NCBI GenBank assembly: GCA_013265495.1
Contig: MU058667.1
Coordinates: 186,001-250,000 of the forward strand
Reading direction: 5' to 3'
Origin: Vicugna vicugna
Taxonomy: Eukaryota
DNA: 64,000 nt
The position numbers were made by a program, and so were the translations under genes. Positions 39,801 through 53,215 of the stretch are shown piece by piece. Under the pieces are notes generated by a model that saw only the letters and a program-made list of their open reading frames with translations, searched no databases and was not told the DNA's origin. How positions within the stretch are numbered: the stretch's first letter is position 1; each line of letters begins with the position of its first letter.

Positions 39801-40440
39801 TCAAAGCCTTTGCTTTGCTACTTGGGTCTGTTCTGTGCATTTGCTGATGAAGGTGAGCTCTGTACTTGGTGCTAGTTCAAACACAGATTTAGCTAGGGGA
39901 TTTCCTTTTCTAGCTCATCCTTTCTAGGATTGCCCATTTATTCTCTTCTTCATGGGGCCTCCTTTTCCTGGTTCTCTGGCCAGGAAGATGGGGTTTCTCT
40001 CAGAGTTGTAGCTGCCCACACTGCTATCTAACTGCACACACTCATCAGGTTCTGCCTTTGGGACAAAGTGAGTAGAGAAAAGAGAGTGAAAAAAAATACA
40101 TATAATGAGGATTCTTCCTTTCTCCTTTGGACTCCAGAGGTTCCCTTTCCATATGCCTTCTGCAAAAAAAAAAAACAAAAAAAACAAAAAAACCAAAAAA
40201 ACAATTTATTTTTCAGTTTTAACTTCCTGCAGTGGTGCTGCTTCATCTTATAACTAGGGCCTGTCCTTGGGGCAGAGTCAAGAGAAAGAAGACACCTTCC
40301 AAGGCCTTGGGTTAATTCCCTACACATTCTGTTCCCTCTGTTTTACTTGAGCCCCTCTTCCCTGTTTTCTGGCCAGAAGGATAGAGTTTCTCTCAGAGGT
40401 TTTGCTCTCTGTGCTGTAGCTGCTGCAGGGCTTGGGCCCT
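36860..40440 (-). mobile_element. Composite of old L1 fragments (3'UTR/ORF2 end, ORF1, 5'UTR with repeated units)
   Basis: gtatacagtttgatgagttttgacag; KTIMRYHYT ORF2 remnant; tttttgctggatatagaattctggg ORF1 remnant; repeated ctggccag(g/a)a(a/g)gat...gtttctctcagag units near 39976 and 40370. Confidence 0.7.
37753..38290. mobile_element. MLT1-type solo LTR nested in old L1
   Basis: tgtatagttatctgatgctaggtaacaaaccacacaaaatttagtggcttaa...ggctggaatcatctgaagactcactggcatg...gcccatctttggacaacagctgcc. Confidence 0.7.
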
Positions 40441-41529
40441 GAAGTTATGAATCGCAGTTAGTGAGCTGGAAAGGGTTGGGCTGTAGGCAGCTGCCTGGAG
40501 GAAAGAGAGAATGGTTTGGGGACCTCACAAAGGTCTTGGCTGCTATGCTAATGCAGTTGTGTATTTTGAAGTCGTAGTATTAGGTTTGTATCATGCAGCG
40601 CTTCTTTAGTGCGAAGCAGATAGCTAATGCTCAGTTTTTCTATTTTTATTTTGTATTTGGATCATCATAAAGAAGGAAAGCAGCTGGTGCATAAAACCCT
40701 CAGTATTTGAATCTTTTTTCTTCTGTGGCCAGGCTAAACAGCTGGGGATTGACTTTTGCGTATGATTTCTGAAGACTTTTGCTAAATTAATCTTATTGAA
40801 ATAATGTAAGTTTTCTTTTTTCTGGTTGTCTTGTCAAGAATTTTAGCATAAATACATAGCCCTATGGCATAATGTGCTCATTGTGGTTGACTGTTTTACT
40901 GAGTACATTTTTATTACCATCTGGTGTAATTTTAATTCCAATCTGATGACCACTTTTTAAGGTAGAATTGGAATTCTGCGTTTCCTTTGAGATATCAATA
41001 GTAATAAAATGATCGTTTATTGAACACTCACAGTTTTCCTTGAGTTAAGTATCACTGTTATCCTTGTTTTCTTAATGATGAACTTGAACTCAAAGATATA
41101 AGTTGCTTGTCTGGATCACATATTTTGCAAAAGGCAAAGCTAGAATTTGAACTCAACATTGTTTCTAAAACCTGCTTTCTTAATCTTTGTGCTGTATTGT
41201 TACATTTTGCGCAAGGTGCTGGAACACGTAAGTAAGAGGTAATCCATGCCCTCCAGGACCACAGTGTTTAGTTGGTAAACCAGAACAGTAAAGACATAGG
41301 CAGAGAACAGTGAAGTTCTCTGACTTAACTGTTTTAAGCTGTGACTCTTTGATAACAGACTTTTGTTTTTCATTTTCACAGCTTTGATTAAAGCTTATTC
41401 ATTTGGGAGTTTTCATTAGTTCATTCCTTATTTTTACATTTAAAAAGTCAAAATTAGTATTTCTGGAACATCTTTTCATCTCAAGAAACTAGACCTGGGA
41501 TTTAGTATTTTACGTTTATCTAGCTCTTT

Positions 41530-41705
41530 ACAGAGCTTTCCACATACGTTAACACCTCCATTGACCATCACAAGAAGCCAGGTTGATATTAGCTGTCACC
41601 TTTTCACAGAGGAGGTCAGAGCTTAGAGAGTTTAATGACCTGCCTAAGGTTGCCCAGAAAGTAAATAGTGGAAGTAAGATAACTAGAATTCTGGTTGCTT
41701 GACTA
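41530..41705 (-). mobile_element. MIR
   Basis: ttttcacagaggaggtcagagcttagagagtttaatgacctgcctaaggttgcccagaaagtaaatagtgga. Confidence 0.65.
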
Positions 41706-43745
41706 ATAGAAAATAAATATCTGCTAAATACAGCTTTTATATTTATATTTATAAACTGCATGTGAAATTAACCTACTGAAGTCTTTCTGTAATATATGAT
41801 GCTTTAAAGTTATCATACCACTTTTCAAGGTAAAATCTATTAAATATATGTTTCTTACTAATTTTACTTATTTTGTGTTGATTTAAAGAATTAAAAAGCA
41901 TTAGACTGTAAAGACATGAGTCTCTATTGCATTTTGATTATTTCTACTTTGGGAGTCACTCAGTGTAGTACTGCTTGTGTTATAACAGTTTACATTGTTC
42001 CAAAATTCCATTTTAAGTGTTTGATCTTTCAATGTAACAAAAATTGTTACTTTATATTTTCACTCTTTATTTTTATTGTTACCAAATAGTATATGTGTGT
42101 AGTAGAACACTAGAAAATAAAGAAAAACACCCAGTGATTATCAGTGTTATCAGCTCATTGTTTAGCCTTCTGGATCTTTTTAAATTTGCACACATACATA
42201 TACAAACACAAAGATTCAGTCCAGAACTTTGCATTTCTTACACCTAGATTTCATGTCTCCTAAGTCACTTTTATCTAACACTCTTCTTAAAAGCAGTCTC
42301 TCTTGATAACCTATTTTTAACTAAGGACCTACAGATGTTTTTTTTTCCCCTGCCACTGACAGATGTTTAATGAATGTTTTTAGTGTTGATCATTTTAGTT
42401 GTTACCAAAACTCAAGGAGAGGGAAATTTCAGTGAAGAATTTGCTAGCGGTAAATTTACAAGTGCTGAGAATTAGCCCTGTGTCTCATTGTTCTGGACAC
42501 TTGTTAGTTGTTGTTTGGGTACAAGTAAATTAAAAGCAGTTTCTTTAGTAGAGGTCAAAAGAATGTTGTACACTCCAGTGCTTTCCTGTAGAATCAAAGG
42601 AAGTTAAGCTGAATTGACAGAGTGCTGTTAGAATGAGACATCCTTAAAAATGTTGGTGGGACGAGCTCATGAAATAAATCAATTTAGTTGGAAACAAAAG
42701 ATTGAATTTGGTATTCTTCTTCTACTGGAGAAAGTGCAGAAGAATTAGATCTTCAAACTGCCTCAGGTTTTGAGACACAAAAAAGTAAGGAGTTTGATAT
42801 GGTTTAGAGGAGAGGTTGTGTATTTTTATCCCAAGTGCTTGCTGTCTCTGCCTTTCCCCTTTTGTTCCTCAAACATACACAGTAACTAACCTGACCTAGA
42901 CGAGGACTGTTCATCACATCACTAGATTAAATAAGGTTTAAAAAGAAACAGGAAGATGTAGTTTAATATACGCATCATTAAGAATAGAGAAAAAAAGTAT
43001 ATTATTGGTGAGAAATTTATTTCCTTTAATAAAAATTTCTGTAAATAGTTTTTTCAGCATCAAGTTTTATATGTTTTAGTAAAATTCTGTCATAGCAAAG
43101 TCATTCATTTATAATCAGTTTTTCATTTGAGTATAGGAAAAACCCTTCTTCCTCCCCATGAGTGGCCTATTTTAAGTCTGTATGAGTTATGGATAGAATT
43201 AGATTCATATTTTGCTGCAATCACAAATTTAGCAGTGTTTGTCTTAAAAGTTTTGTTTTTTGTTTTTTTTTGTAACTTAGCATGTAAGTATCAATCGCCA
43301 GCTCCACTCCTTTCTTTTCTAATCCTGTCTCCTAATACAGAGGGGAAAGGAGAGTGGGAGGGAGGAGAGAGAGGGAGGGAAAGCTCTTTCCTCTATCTGC
43401 ACCTTCTCCCTTTAATGTAGCTAGCACATTGCTCTGTGTGCTCTTAACCATGTCTTCAACAGGAATTCCCTTCGGTCAGTATCCATTTTCTTTCCTGTGT
43501 CTACAACATCTTCTACTTAGCCATTAAAAACTTTTCTAAATCTTTTTTATCCTCAAAATACCCTGTTGTCAGTTTTCTCCCAACTCTGCTCTTTCTAGCA
43601 ACTACTCAGTCTCATTCCTTACTTGTATTGTCAAACGTTTGAAAGAGTTGACTTACACTGTTTGACTTTATGTCCTCTTATTCAGTACTCAACTATGTTC
43701 TTATATGCCCCACTCTATTAAAATTGTGAAGTACTTGACCTTTTT

Positions 43746-44958
43746 TTAAAGTCACCATAACTGTTTTTATTACATTACAACACTTAGGAGCTGTACATTT
43801 CATGACAAAAACATTACAAATTTCAGATCACTTCACAGCACATACTCGTGTAAACATTTAAAAGTTAGTTAAAAGAGTGGTCACTTTTAAATTTAATGTT
43901 TGATATGACCAACATTCCTAGGTCAGCACATCCAAGCGATGGAAAACAACTGGATCACACTGCACGTGTCCCACGAAAAAAAAGCACAGTGTACAAAATG
44001 TGTGTGTTTCAGTTTATCCTATGCAAAAATAGTTAAAATACATTCCAGGTAAACATGTTACATTAAGAAATAGGGGGGAGGGTATAGCTCAGTGGTAGAG
44101 CACATGCCTAGCTTGCATGAGGTCCTGGATTCCATCCCCAGTACCTCCATTAAATAAACAAACAAACAAACCTAATTACCTTCTCCCAAAACAAACAAAA
44201 AAAGAAATAGTAGTAGTAAGAAATTGGCACTCAGAGGAAGAATGCAAAAGTATTTTCAACACGAAAACACAGGACAGTGGAATTGGAAACTTTTGGATAA
44301 AACATTACATAACCCATTTAAGCTTGGTAGGGAAGGGGACCTTCTGTAATTGACATTTCTGCAGGTAATAACTTTGTTTTTCCTAAATTCATCTGAAATT
44401 GCCTATTATCATCCCAAACAGGCACTTAAAACTACTAAACTAAAACTAAATATTATTAGTCTAGTTATGACTGTTCTATAAGAACTGATGTGACTATGTC
44501 TTTAGAAAGAAACTTCATTTTCTGAAGGAATTTACAGCTGTCAGTTGTATGCTGTTTAGTTGCTCAGTGCAGATCTCACACTACCCAGTGTTAACACTGA
44601 AGTATTAAATATAAATTCAGCTTTGAAGTAACGAATGGGTTGTTAAAAATCATTCATATGTAGTCATCAAAAAATTATTTCTTTTTAACAAATGGAAATG
44701 ACAGTTTGTATTGCCTACCAAAAAAAATCTAAATTGTATATATTGTTTAGAAAAACATGGTTAGAAGAAAAAAAATCATTGGAATATAAATGAAATGAAC
44801 TTGTGCAAACTGTAACTTAACATGTCTCACAGTTCCTATATATTTTAGGACAAAATTGTGCAGCAGTGGCAAAGATTTTGATAACCCACAAAAGTTGGGT
44901 TCTAGTTCCTATGCAGTGTGACTCAGTTAAAATAGAGCGTAGAATTCCTAATTGGGAA
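43746..44958 (-). pseudogene. KRAS: 5'-truncated processed retrocopy of the KRAS distal 3'UTR (no CDS), interrupted by a SINE
   Basis: Minus strand reads ...aactgagtcacactgcataggaa...gttaagttacagtttgcacaagttcat...aagtttccaattccactgtc...ctatttcttaatgtaacatgtttacctggaatgtattttaactatttttg...gacctaggaatgttggtcatatcaaacattaaa...gtaatgtAATAAAaacagttatggtgac then A7. This is colinear with my recall of the end of the human KRAS 3'UTR. AATAAA at 43766-43771 (- strand); flanking direct repeat TAYTTGACCTYTTT at 43732-43745 and 44959-44972. Confidence 0.85.
44074..44201 (+). mobile_element. tRNA-derived SINE, camelid Vic-1-like, inserted into the KRAS retrocopy
   Basis: gggggagggtatagctcagtggtagag...gaggtcctggattccatccccagtacctcc, then (aaac)n tail. 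TSD AAGAAATAG at 44065-44073 and 44202-44210, at a TT|AAGAAA L1-endonuclease-type site. Confidence 0.9.
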
Positions 44959-45604
44959 TATTTGACCTCTTTGCAAAATTGTATAGTAGTGATGACTAAT
45001 TCCTTTAAAAGTTTAAAAAAAAAGCTTTGATCAAGGATTTACATGTGGTTTAAGCAAATAATGTGCTGCAAACTAATAGAAAAAGAGTAGTACTCTTTAC
45101 TTGTTCTTTTGCCTGATTACCACAGCCCAGAGGCAACCACTTGTAATCCTTTCTTTACTTCTTCTGCTGTGTACATCCTTACAATGAAATTAACATGTTT
45201 CCACTGCCCTCTGTTACACTGATCTTGTACACACACATCAGTTTCCTTACAGTTCCCTCCAGTTTGCCGTCCCTGCTACACTTTGGATTTCTTTAGATAC
45301 GCATTCAGTTTTTACATTTAAACCTTTCTCTCTCTCTCTTTGTTAATTCTTAAAATTTTGTTTAGTAGAGCATGCTTTGAATTATATTTTCAATTAATGA
45401 AAGTTGGAAATGCATTTCTTCCCTACCAGGTTGAAAGATAAAAACACGTATTGCACAGATGAGCTTGCATCCTCTTTTCTCAACCATACTCTCATGCAGT
45501 CTTTTTCTTTCAGCCTCATTGGCCATCTTACCTGTCTTTGAACATACCAAACGTGATCCTACCTACTGGCCTTTGTGCTTAATGCCCCTCTGACTGGAAC
45601 ACCC

Positions 45605-45818
45605 CTGTTATAGACTGAATATTTGTGTTCCCCCGAATTCATATTGAAACCCTCTCCCCCCAGTGTTACGGTATTAGGAGGTGAGACGTCTGGGAGGTAA
45701 TTAGGATTAGATAAGGAACTCTTGTGAATGGGCTTAGCTCACTTGTGAGAGTACAAAAAGAGCTTGCTTCTCCTTGTTCTCTGCCGTGTGAGGAAACAGC
45801 AAGACCAGACACCAATCA
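45605..45818 (+). mobile_element. MLT1A/B-like LTR, 3'-truncated
   Basis: tgttatagactgaatatttgtgttcccccgaattcatattgaaaccct...ggtattaggaggtg...gggaggtaattaggattagat. Confidence 0.75.
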
Positions 45819-46530
45819 CGACGTGTCCCTTATGTTTTCCTCTTAGAGTCTTACGGTTTTAGCTCTTACAAGTAGTCTTCGATCCCTTTTGAGTTAATTC
45901 CTGTGTATGACATAAGGGTCCAACTTCATTCTTTGGCATGTCGATATCCAGTTTTCCCAGCACCACTTGTTAGAGAGATTGTCCTTTCTCCATTGAGTGG
46001 TCTTGGTCCCCTTATTGAATATCATTAGAACATATATGCAAGGGTTTATTTTGGGCTCTCTGTTCTGTTTCATTGGCCTATATGTCTGTCTTTATGATAT
46101 ATCTTTATGATTATTGTAGCTTTAAAGTAAGTTTTGAAATCAGAAAACATGAGTCCTCCAACTTTGTTCCTCTTTTTCAAAATTATTTTGGCTACTTGGG
46201 GTCCTTTGGTTTCCATATGAATTTTAAGATGGATTTGTGTGTTTCTGTGAAGAAGTCATTAGGATGTTCCGCTTTCACTCTGGATCATTTTGGGTAGTAC
46301 TGACATCTTAACAATATTAAGTCTTCCAGTTTGTGAATATAGGATGTCCATTTATTTCTGTTTTTAGATCTTAGCAGTGTTTTGTAGTTTTCAATGAGCA
46401 AGTCTTTTGCTTCTGTAGTTAAATTTACTCCTATGTCTTTAATTTTTTTGGATGCTGTTGTAAACAGAATTCTTAGTTTTCTTTTAGGATTGTTCATTGT
46501 TAGTGTATAGAAAGCATTAAGTATTTTCAT
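45819..46530 (-). mobile_element. Old L1 ORF2 internal fragment
   Basis: gggtccaacttcattctttggcatgtcgatatccagttttcccagcaccacttgtt; ORF remnant IGVNLTTEAKDLLIENYKTLL. Confidence 0.8.
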
Positions 46531-46909
46531 GTGTTATTTTATGTGTGATATCACTGAGCTACTTCATCTTCTGTGAGTATTTCAGTAAAAGGTGATTTGA
46601 ATTGAACTCACATGGAAACTAAAAATCAGAATAAATGATAGTCTCTGAATTGAATCTAAGTACTAAATTTTTATTTAATCTTTGATAACCAAACTAAGGT
46701 TTAAACTTATTTAAGTGTACTAATTTGAAGCTATAGGCATGGAATGACAATAGCAGATCGAAATAACCTTTGAAAAATTTCTGTCTGCACTCTTGATAAC
46801 ATTAAAATATTATGAAAATGATATTTTTGGAGTATAATGTAGAGCTTGTAGCTCTTTTTGTGCCTTATCGATGCTTCTCTAGAGGTTGCTGGAAATGTAA
46901 TAGTATTGA

Positions 46910-47062
<153 letters not shown>

Positions 47063-49989
47063 TGAGAATTTTGATATAATTATTAGTTCTTAATTCATAC
47101 TATACCTTTTTTAAAACATAAAATGTGATGAATTCTGTGATGCTTTATGTAACAAATTCAGAAATACCTGATGTACATAATATTGAGTGAATCTGACCTT
47201 CAAATCTATTTCAGTTTAGTCATGTTGGAACCAAAATTTGGGTTGAAAATACATTGCTGAGCCTTTTAATCTTTGATTGCCAATTGTTTTTACTCTTAAA
47301 AGAAAATGACATTTTATTTAATAATAATTTCTGCAAACATATATATATACACACATATGCATACATATATGTATTTAATGAAAATAACCCTATACTTTTT
47401 ACTTTCTTCCTATTTTATGTTCTGCAGATGTGATACCTCTATCTTAGGATAAAATAATTTGAAATGTTGACATTTATCACAGAAGGAAGGGTAGAGGGAG
47501 GGAGAGAGATGAAATTTAGTCTGCTCTTTCTTGTAGTTGAGGCTCAATTCCAGTAGAGTCTAAGTTTAAACTTTTCTAAACGCTCCTACCAATTCTTAGA
47601 AGAAAAAAATCTGCTACCTGAAATAAATTTTCGTTACAAAATTATTGAGAGCCTAATTACCACTCTGCTTCTTCTTTATTCAGTCCCTCAGTAAGACATT
47701 CTTAAGTTGAGGCTGAGTGTAATGTCACATTGCCATATTCTTTTTTCTATTTTGCAGGCAAATACTGAAGGATAAAATATAGTGCTTTTTATTCTGGAAT
47801 TAAGTTCTGTTTTATTTAATGTAATGCTTGTAATTCAGTAACCTAAACATTTAATTGTGGAAGTGAGTAAATATCTAAGGAGTTAACTGAAACTGTATTA
47901 TTGTGTGATTATAAAATTTATCAGTCAATATATCTGCTTGTTAGGTGAAAATGTACAGTCATTTGGAAATTATATACTGTTTTAACTTCACTGTTTTACT
48001 ATCATGAGACACAAGTAGAAAACATTGTAGAAGTATATTCTTTACTGCACGGAGATGGGATAAGACATTTGTGTTTTCACTAGAATCTGTCGTGCAGTAC
48101 TAGCCACCATACCAGTGGCTTTCCATAGGAATTTTCTACTACATTTATGAAGTTTTATCATGAATAAGAGAGCTCTCAGGTCTTTTAAACCATTGAAGAT
48201 TTATATTTATCTTAATGTTGCTGTTCAGCTGGTTTGGAAAACTGTTAAGAAATACAAAATTGCCTTAGGCAAGCGTCCTGAGCAGGTAATTGTGTTATTT
48301 CACTTTGGCCGAGAGCTCCCTTGTGTTGGCATTGCAAAGACTCTGTGCACTTGTATCAGATCAGAAACAGTGTTGTCTCAATAGCCCTTTCACTGTTTAG
48401 GAAGGCAGTGGAAATTACATACTCTTAATTGTTTAATTGTATATTGGCAAATTACTTTGGTATTAATTTGTAATATATATTTTGTCTATGAAAAAGACTT
48501 AATTCATCTCTTTGTATTCTCAACAAACTGCAGTGTGTGGCGCCATTTTGAGAGAAGAAAATATTTCCATTAATAAAGTCAAGATATATTTATCTGCCTA
48601 AAATGTATCAAAATGAATTTTAGATTTTAGTAATTACTATGAACTTTTTTCATGAGAGTGAGCAATGACCTTTTGAACTTTATCTTCTGTCGTAAAAAAC
48701 TGGGGGAAATAAATGATGTGAGACAATTTATAAGTAATCTTCTGAGCATATCAGCACATAGTGCATATACATGTATTTTACTTAACGGCGAGGAAGCAGT
48801 TAAAGCAGCTGGGTTTTGATCCATTTCTCCCCCAATGACTAGGGATTGCAACAGGTAACTGGCCTGGTTAACAGATATTAACGTTGGACAGAGTTTTTAA
48901 GCACTCCCTGAGCTTCAGTTTCTAAAATAAGATGTTAACAGTAAGATGCACATTTTTTTCCTTATATTTTAAGATCTCTGAAAATGGAATGTGTCTTCTA
49001 ATCAATGGCACCTCATAGTCACCATTTACTGTTTTTCACATTTTAACACCTCAAATTAACTATGTGATATTTTAGAGTTGATAAATTATAGCATTTTGTC
49101 GATTAAAAAAACACAGAGTGATATGTAGTATGTATTCAGCGAATGGTAGCTAGGATAGGCCACAAATTACATTTAATTATTTGACTGTGGGAAATAGAGA
49201 ATTAAGACACAACAAAACAAAAATATTGTTGAATATGTGTATTTACAAGTGGCACAAATTTTTGGAGATGGTAGGCTGAGTTCTGTGAAAATAGCTGATA
49301 CAATGTGGTTCCTGCCTTTAGAGGAGCTTATACTCTGGTGGAGGAAACAGCGGCATCCTTACTTGGGGAGAAAATCTGAGAGAGGGTATAAGTGCTTAGT
49401 TAAGGTTAGTTAAGGTTAAGCCTGGAAGTAAGTAGAGTCCATAATCTACTTAGAATGTGCTAATTTTTAGTATCTGGCCAATAATAATTAGTTTGGAAGT
49501 AGGAGATAAACTAAAAGATTAACAATTTAATGGACTAAAACAGACACTGAAATCACTGTATTTATCATATTAGAAAATATATGATATGCTAAGGGAGAAG
49601 AAAGGTAAGGAGTTTATTTGTCCTAGGGCATTTGAAATATGGTTTTAGCCCATTATTGTGAAACCATCTGTTAAGCAGGGATTCATAAGTGATGCCATGA
49701 AAGTGATATCAAGTAGGAGGAATAATAAAGACTGGTTATATCCAAATTACAGAAATACCAGTCTTTGAGTAAATTTGTTATCTGGATGGTTGATGACACT
49801 GAACTGTGCTTGTCTACTGTCTGTTCTTCCTTGTGTTTCAGCTTCAAGCTTACATTTTGTTTACCTATTGGACATTTCTGTTTGGCTATTTTAAGAAATA
49901 TTGAGGCTAGAAAACATAATTCCGTGATGTTTATTTTGTAAGTTATAATTAATCATTGGAGGATTTAAGCAAAGGAGTGACCCATTATC

Positions 49990-50155
49990 TTTTAGAATTT
50001 TCATCACAACTCTGAGAGGGGAAATTATTATGCTCATTTTATAGATAAACTGAGTCTCAGAGAAGTTAAACATTTTGCCTATTATCAAACATCTGTGGAA
50101 ATGGGAGACATGGGATTTGAACGGCAGCCTGACTCCAAAGCCCATTCATTCCACT
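49990..50155 (-). mobile_element. MIR
   Basis: cattttatagataaactgagtctcagagaagttaaacattttgcc...gggatttgaacggcagcctgactccaaagccc. Confidence 0.75.
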
Positions 50156-53082
50156 ATACAATATAGTCTCCCTCAGTGTAATTCACTTACTTAGACTGGT
50201 TTCCTAATCACTCTTTTGTCTTATAGTTTGACAGTTGAAAATAGCAAGTAGCTACGACCTCTGAGATTATGTCATTAGCCATGCTTAAAAAAATGCATTC
50301 TAATTATCACTGTTATCTTTTCATGTGTGTAGAGAAATATATGGCTTAAAATGAATAGAAAAAATATTGACCCTTAACAATTTTGTCACTGAAAATGCCT
50401 CAGTATGTTGATATTTTCTTTTTATAGTCCTATATATGGGCTAGTTGGAGTTTTATGTTTTGATTAAATTACATAAGCTAAAAAGTTGATAATTTTTTGT
50501 GAGTAGAGTTTTAAAAAATGTGTTTCTTTGGGAAGGCTAACTTGTATAATTATCACTATCAAAAATAGTTACTTGAATGTGCTTGGCTCAAAAATTATAC
50601 TTTAAAAATGTTTTCAAGAAAGGTATGATCCTTTTTTTAGGTTTCCAGATATTTATATATAGAGTGAAACAAGTACTTTGTTAAAAGATAAAGTTACTCT
50701 CTAAAATTTACGTATTTTAAAAATTATGTACTGTTATTTTATATAACTTGAAACCTGAGTAAGCCAGAAATTGGTGTTTTTTCATTAGCTTATTCTTAAT
50801 TGAAAGTTTTAAGAGACCAAAGTTTAGCAACTCTTTACCATAGGAAGGTAGGATTTCAAACTCTAGGTCTTAATTAAAGCCTTTATCTTCTGTTTATCAG
50901 CTGCTGCTGTATGTCTAGTGAATTACTGAAAGTATGAAATGAAGAAGCTCAATGACTTCCTGTAGCTAGTGAGTTGATTTGTCTATTCATCTAAGTAGCT
51001 CTGTTAATTTTTAAAAATTCTAAAATACAAGCATATTTATCTTCATTTTTCCAAAAAGTTTAGTATTTCAAATCTATCTTTATGTTGGAGAGATTCATGA
51101 ATGGAAGGAGAAATAATCCTGGTCTGTTTGTTCATTCAGCAAGTTTTTATTGGGCACCTTCTAAATAAGTAATATGGCATATTTAGTTGTAGTGTGATGG
51201 CTGCAGTGAGGGTAGGAGCTCTTTGTGATGAATTTCTGTTTCTTCAGGTTTATTGCCTGCCTAGTACATAATATGGATTTCTGTATGTGTCTGATAACAA
51301 GGAATAGATTTATTTAGAAAGAACTTACGTGGCAAATATTATTTTGACTTAATCAACTCTGAGTTTAAGATAAATATAGTTATAGATATCTTTGTAGATT
51401 TATATTATATATAAATACTATGGCTATTTTATTTCAAAATCATGAAGTTTATAATACAATGATATATTTTTGACAAAATTTTTTCATGCACTAAGGAATA
51501 TTTGAAGAGTATGAAATTACATATTTAATATTCACTCTTATTCACAAAGTTAATGAATTATTAGGATATTAAGATGCATTTCCAACATTGTTAAAATTAT
51601 ATTTAAAATTGTATTCAATTGAATATAATACTTAAACTAAGTATTTTATTTTTTTCAATGTGAATTCTTTATATAAGGAAACCTAGAAGTAAACTTTCAT
51701 TTATATTTTTAAAATTGCATCTATTTTTTTCCTAATAAAATACATTTTTTAAACTATGTCTCTTTTAATACCATCTCAGGAAATAAGTATTTAATATGCA
51801 AAGTATTAGTATTTCAAATAGTGAATTCTCTGAGGCCTAGCACCTGGTAGAATGCCAGTAACTAGTGGCTTGTGAAATTTGCAAATATTCATTGAGAACA
51901 TCTTAAAGGCAGATGTGACACGTGGCACTGGTATCAGATCTAGTGTCTCTCTCCTTCCCTTTCTTCTCTGAATATTAATTGAGTGCCAGGGGCTAGGCTA
52001 GATGCTAGGTTTGAACTGTAAATAAAACCAATACAGTTTCAGCTCTCAGGAAGCTTTACATTCCAGTGGCTAAGTTCCTGACCTTCCACTTAGGACCGTG
52101 CCACACAGTGACTTTTTCTTTAAATAGGGATAACAGCATCCACTTTGTGCATTACTCTGTGAGAAGTAAATTTATAAAGCAGCTAGCACAATAGCACGAA
52201 GTAACAAGCATATCAGAATTTAGTCTGTATTAAATAAGTCTTTTTTATTTAATTAAATATGATTAAGTATTTTGTATATTAGAGTGAGTATGTGGAGATC
52301 TCTGGACTGTGGTTATTTATAACAGTGTATGAACTAAGAGTTTATAATGAAAGACAGATATTTTGGGTCTGTAGCTATGTTAATAGCAGTGTTACTGGTA
52401 GTTTTATTAAATGATCATTTTCTCCCTATGGGACTCAAGGTATTTGGGTTGGCATATGTTACCAGTGCCCTCTGCTGTCTAGTGCCAATAGCTCATAATA
52501 TACAGAATATATTTGGTTACAGACTTTAAATGCACAACTCAGAGTCTGTTGAACATGATTTTGTTTCTATACAGAGAATAAATATAGCAGGGGGGGAAGT
52601 TCAGTGGTAGAAAAACTGACATATATAAATAGACAAAAGAATCCTATTAGAAAAACAGAGTAGAGTCATTATGTACTGAAAACTTAGTTCTTCAGATAAT
52701 GGCAAGACTTAGTTGGGCAAAAGTCCCACTGAGAATGACTAGACATTGACCTCTCAGAAATGCAGACTCAGGCTCAGTTGATCCTGTCAAGGAAAATTGG
52801 ATTATCTCTCCTGTGGTAAGAACTCTGATTTATGTATTGTATTTTAACAGGAAGAAAATATTAAGATACTTTACATATGTCTATTGCCATTGAAATATAG
52901 TTTTTGTTAACTGGATTAGCTTCCTTCCACATCCCACAGCATCTAAGGAAAAGAAAATAAAAAAAGAATTCTGACCACCTTAGAAGGTTTCCAAATAACG
53001 TTTCCAAGTTTATTGTTTTTTGTCCCCCCCGCCCCCCTGGGAGTAATTTCCTAATTGTAAGCATATTGATAAGCCATACAAA

Positions 53083-53215
53083 TACAGTTGGCCCTCAGTA
53101 TCCATGGATTCTGCATCTGCAGATATGGAGGACCGGCTGTACGAGCCCATTTTATATAAGGAACTTGAGCATCTGAGGATTTTGGTATCCCTTAGGGTTC
53201 TGGAACCAGTCCTGC
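53083..53215. mobile_element. MER2/Tigger-like TcMar DNA transposon fragment
   Basis: TA|cagttggccctcagtatccatggattctgcatc...ccattttatataaggaacttgagcatctgaggattttggtatcc...ctggaaccagtcc. Confidence 0.7.
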
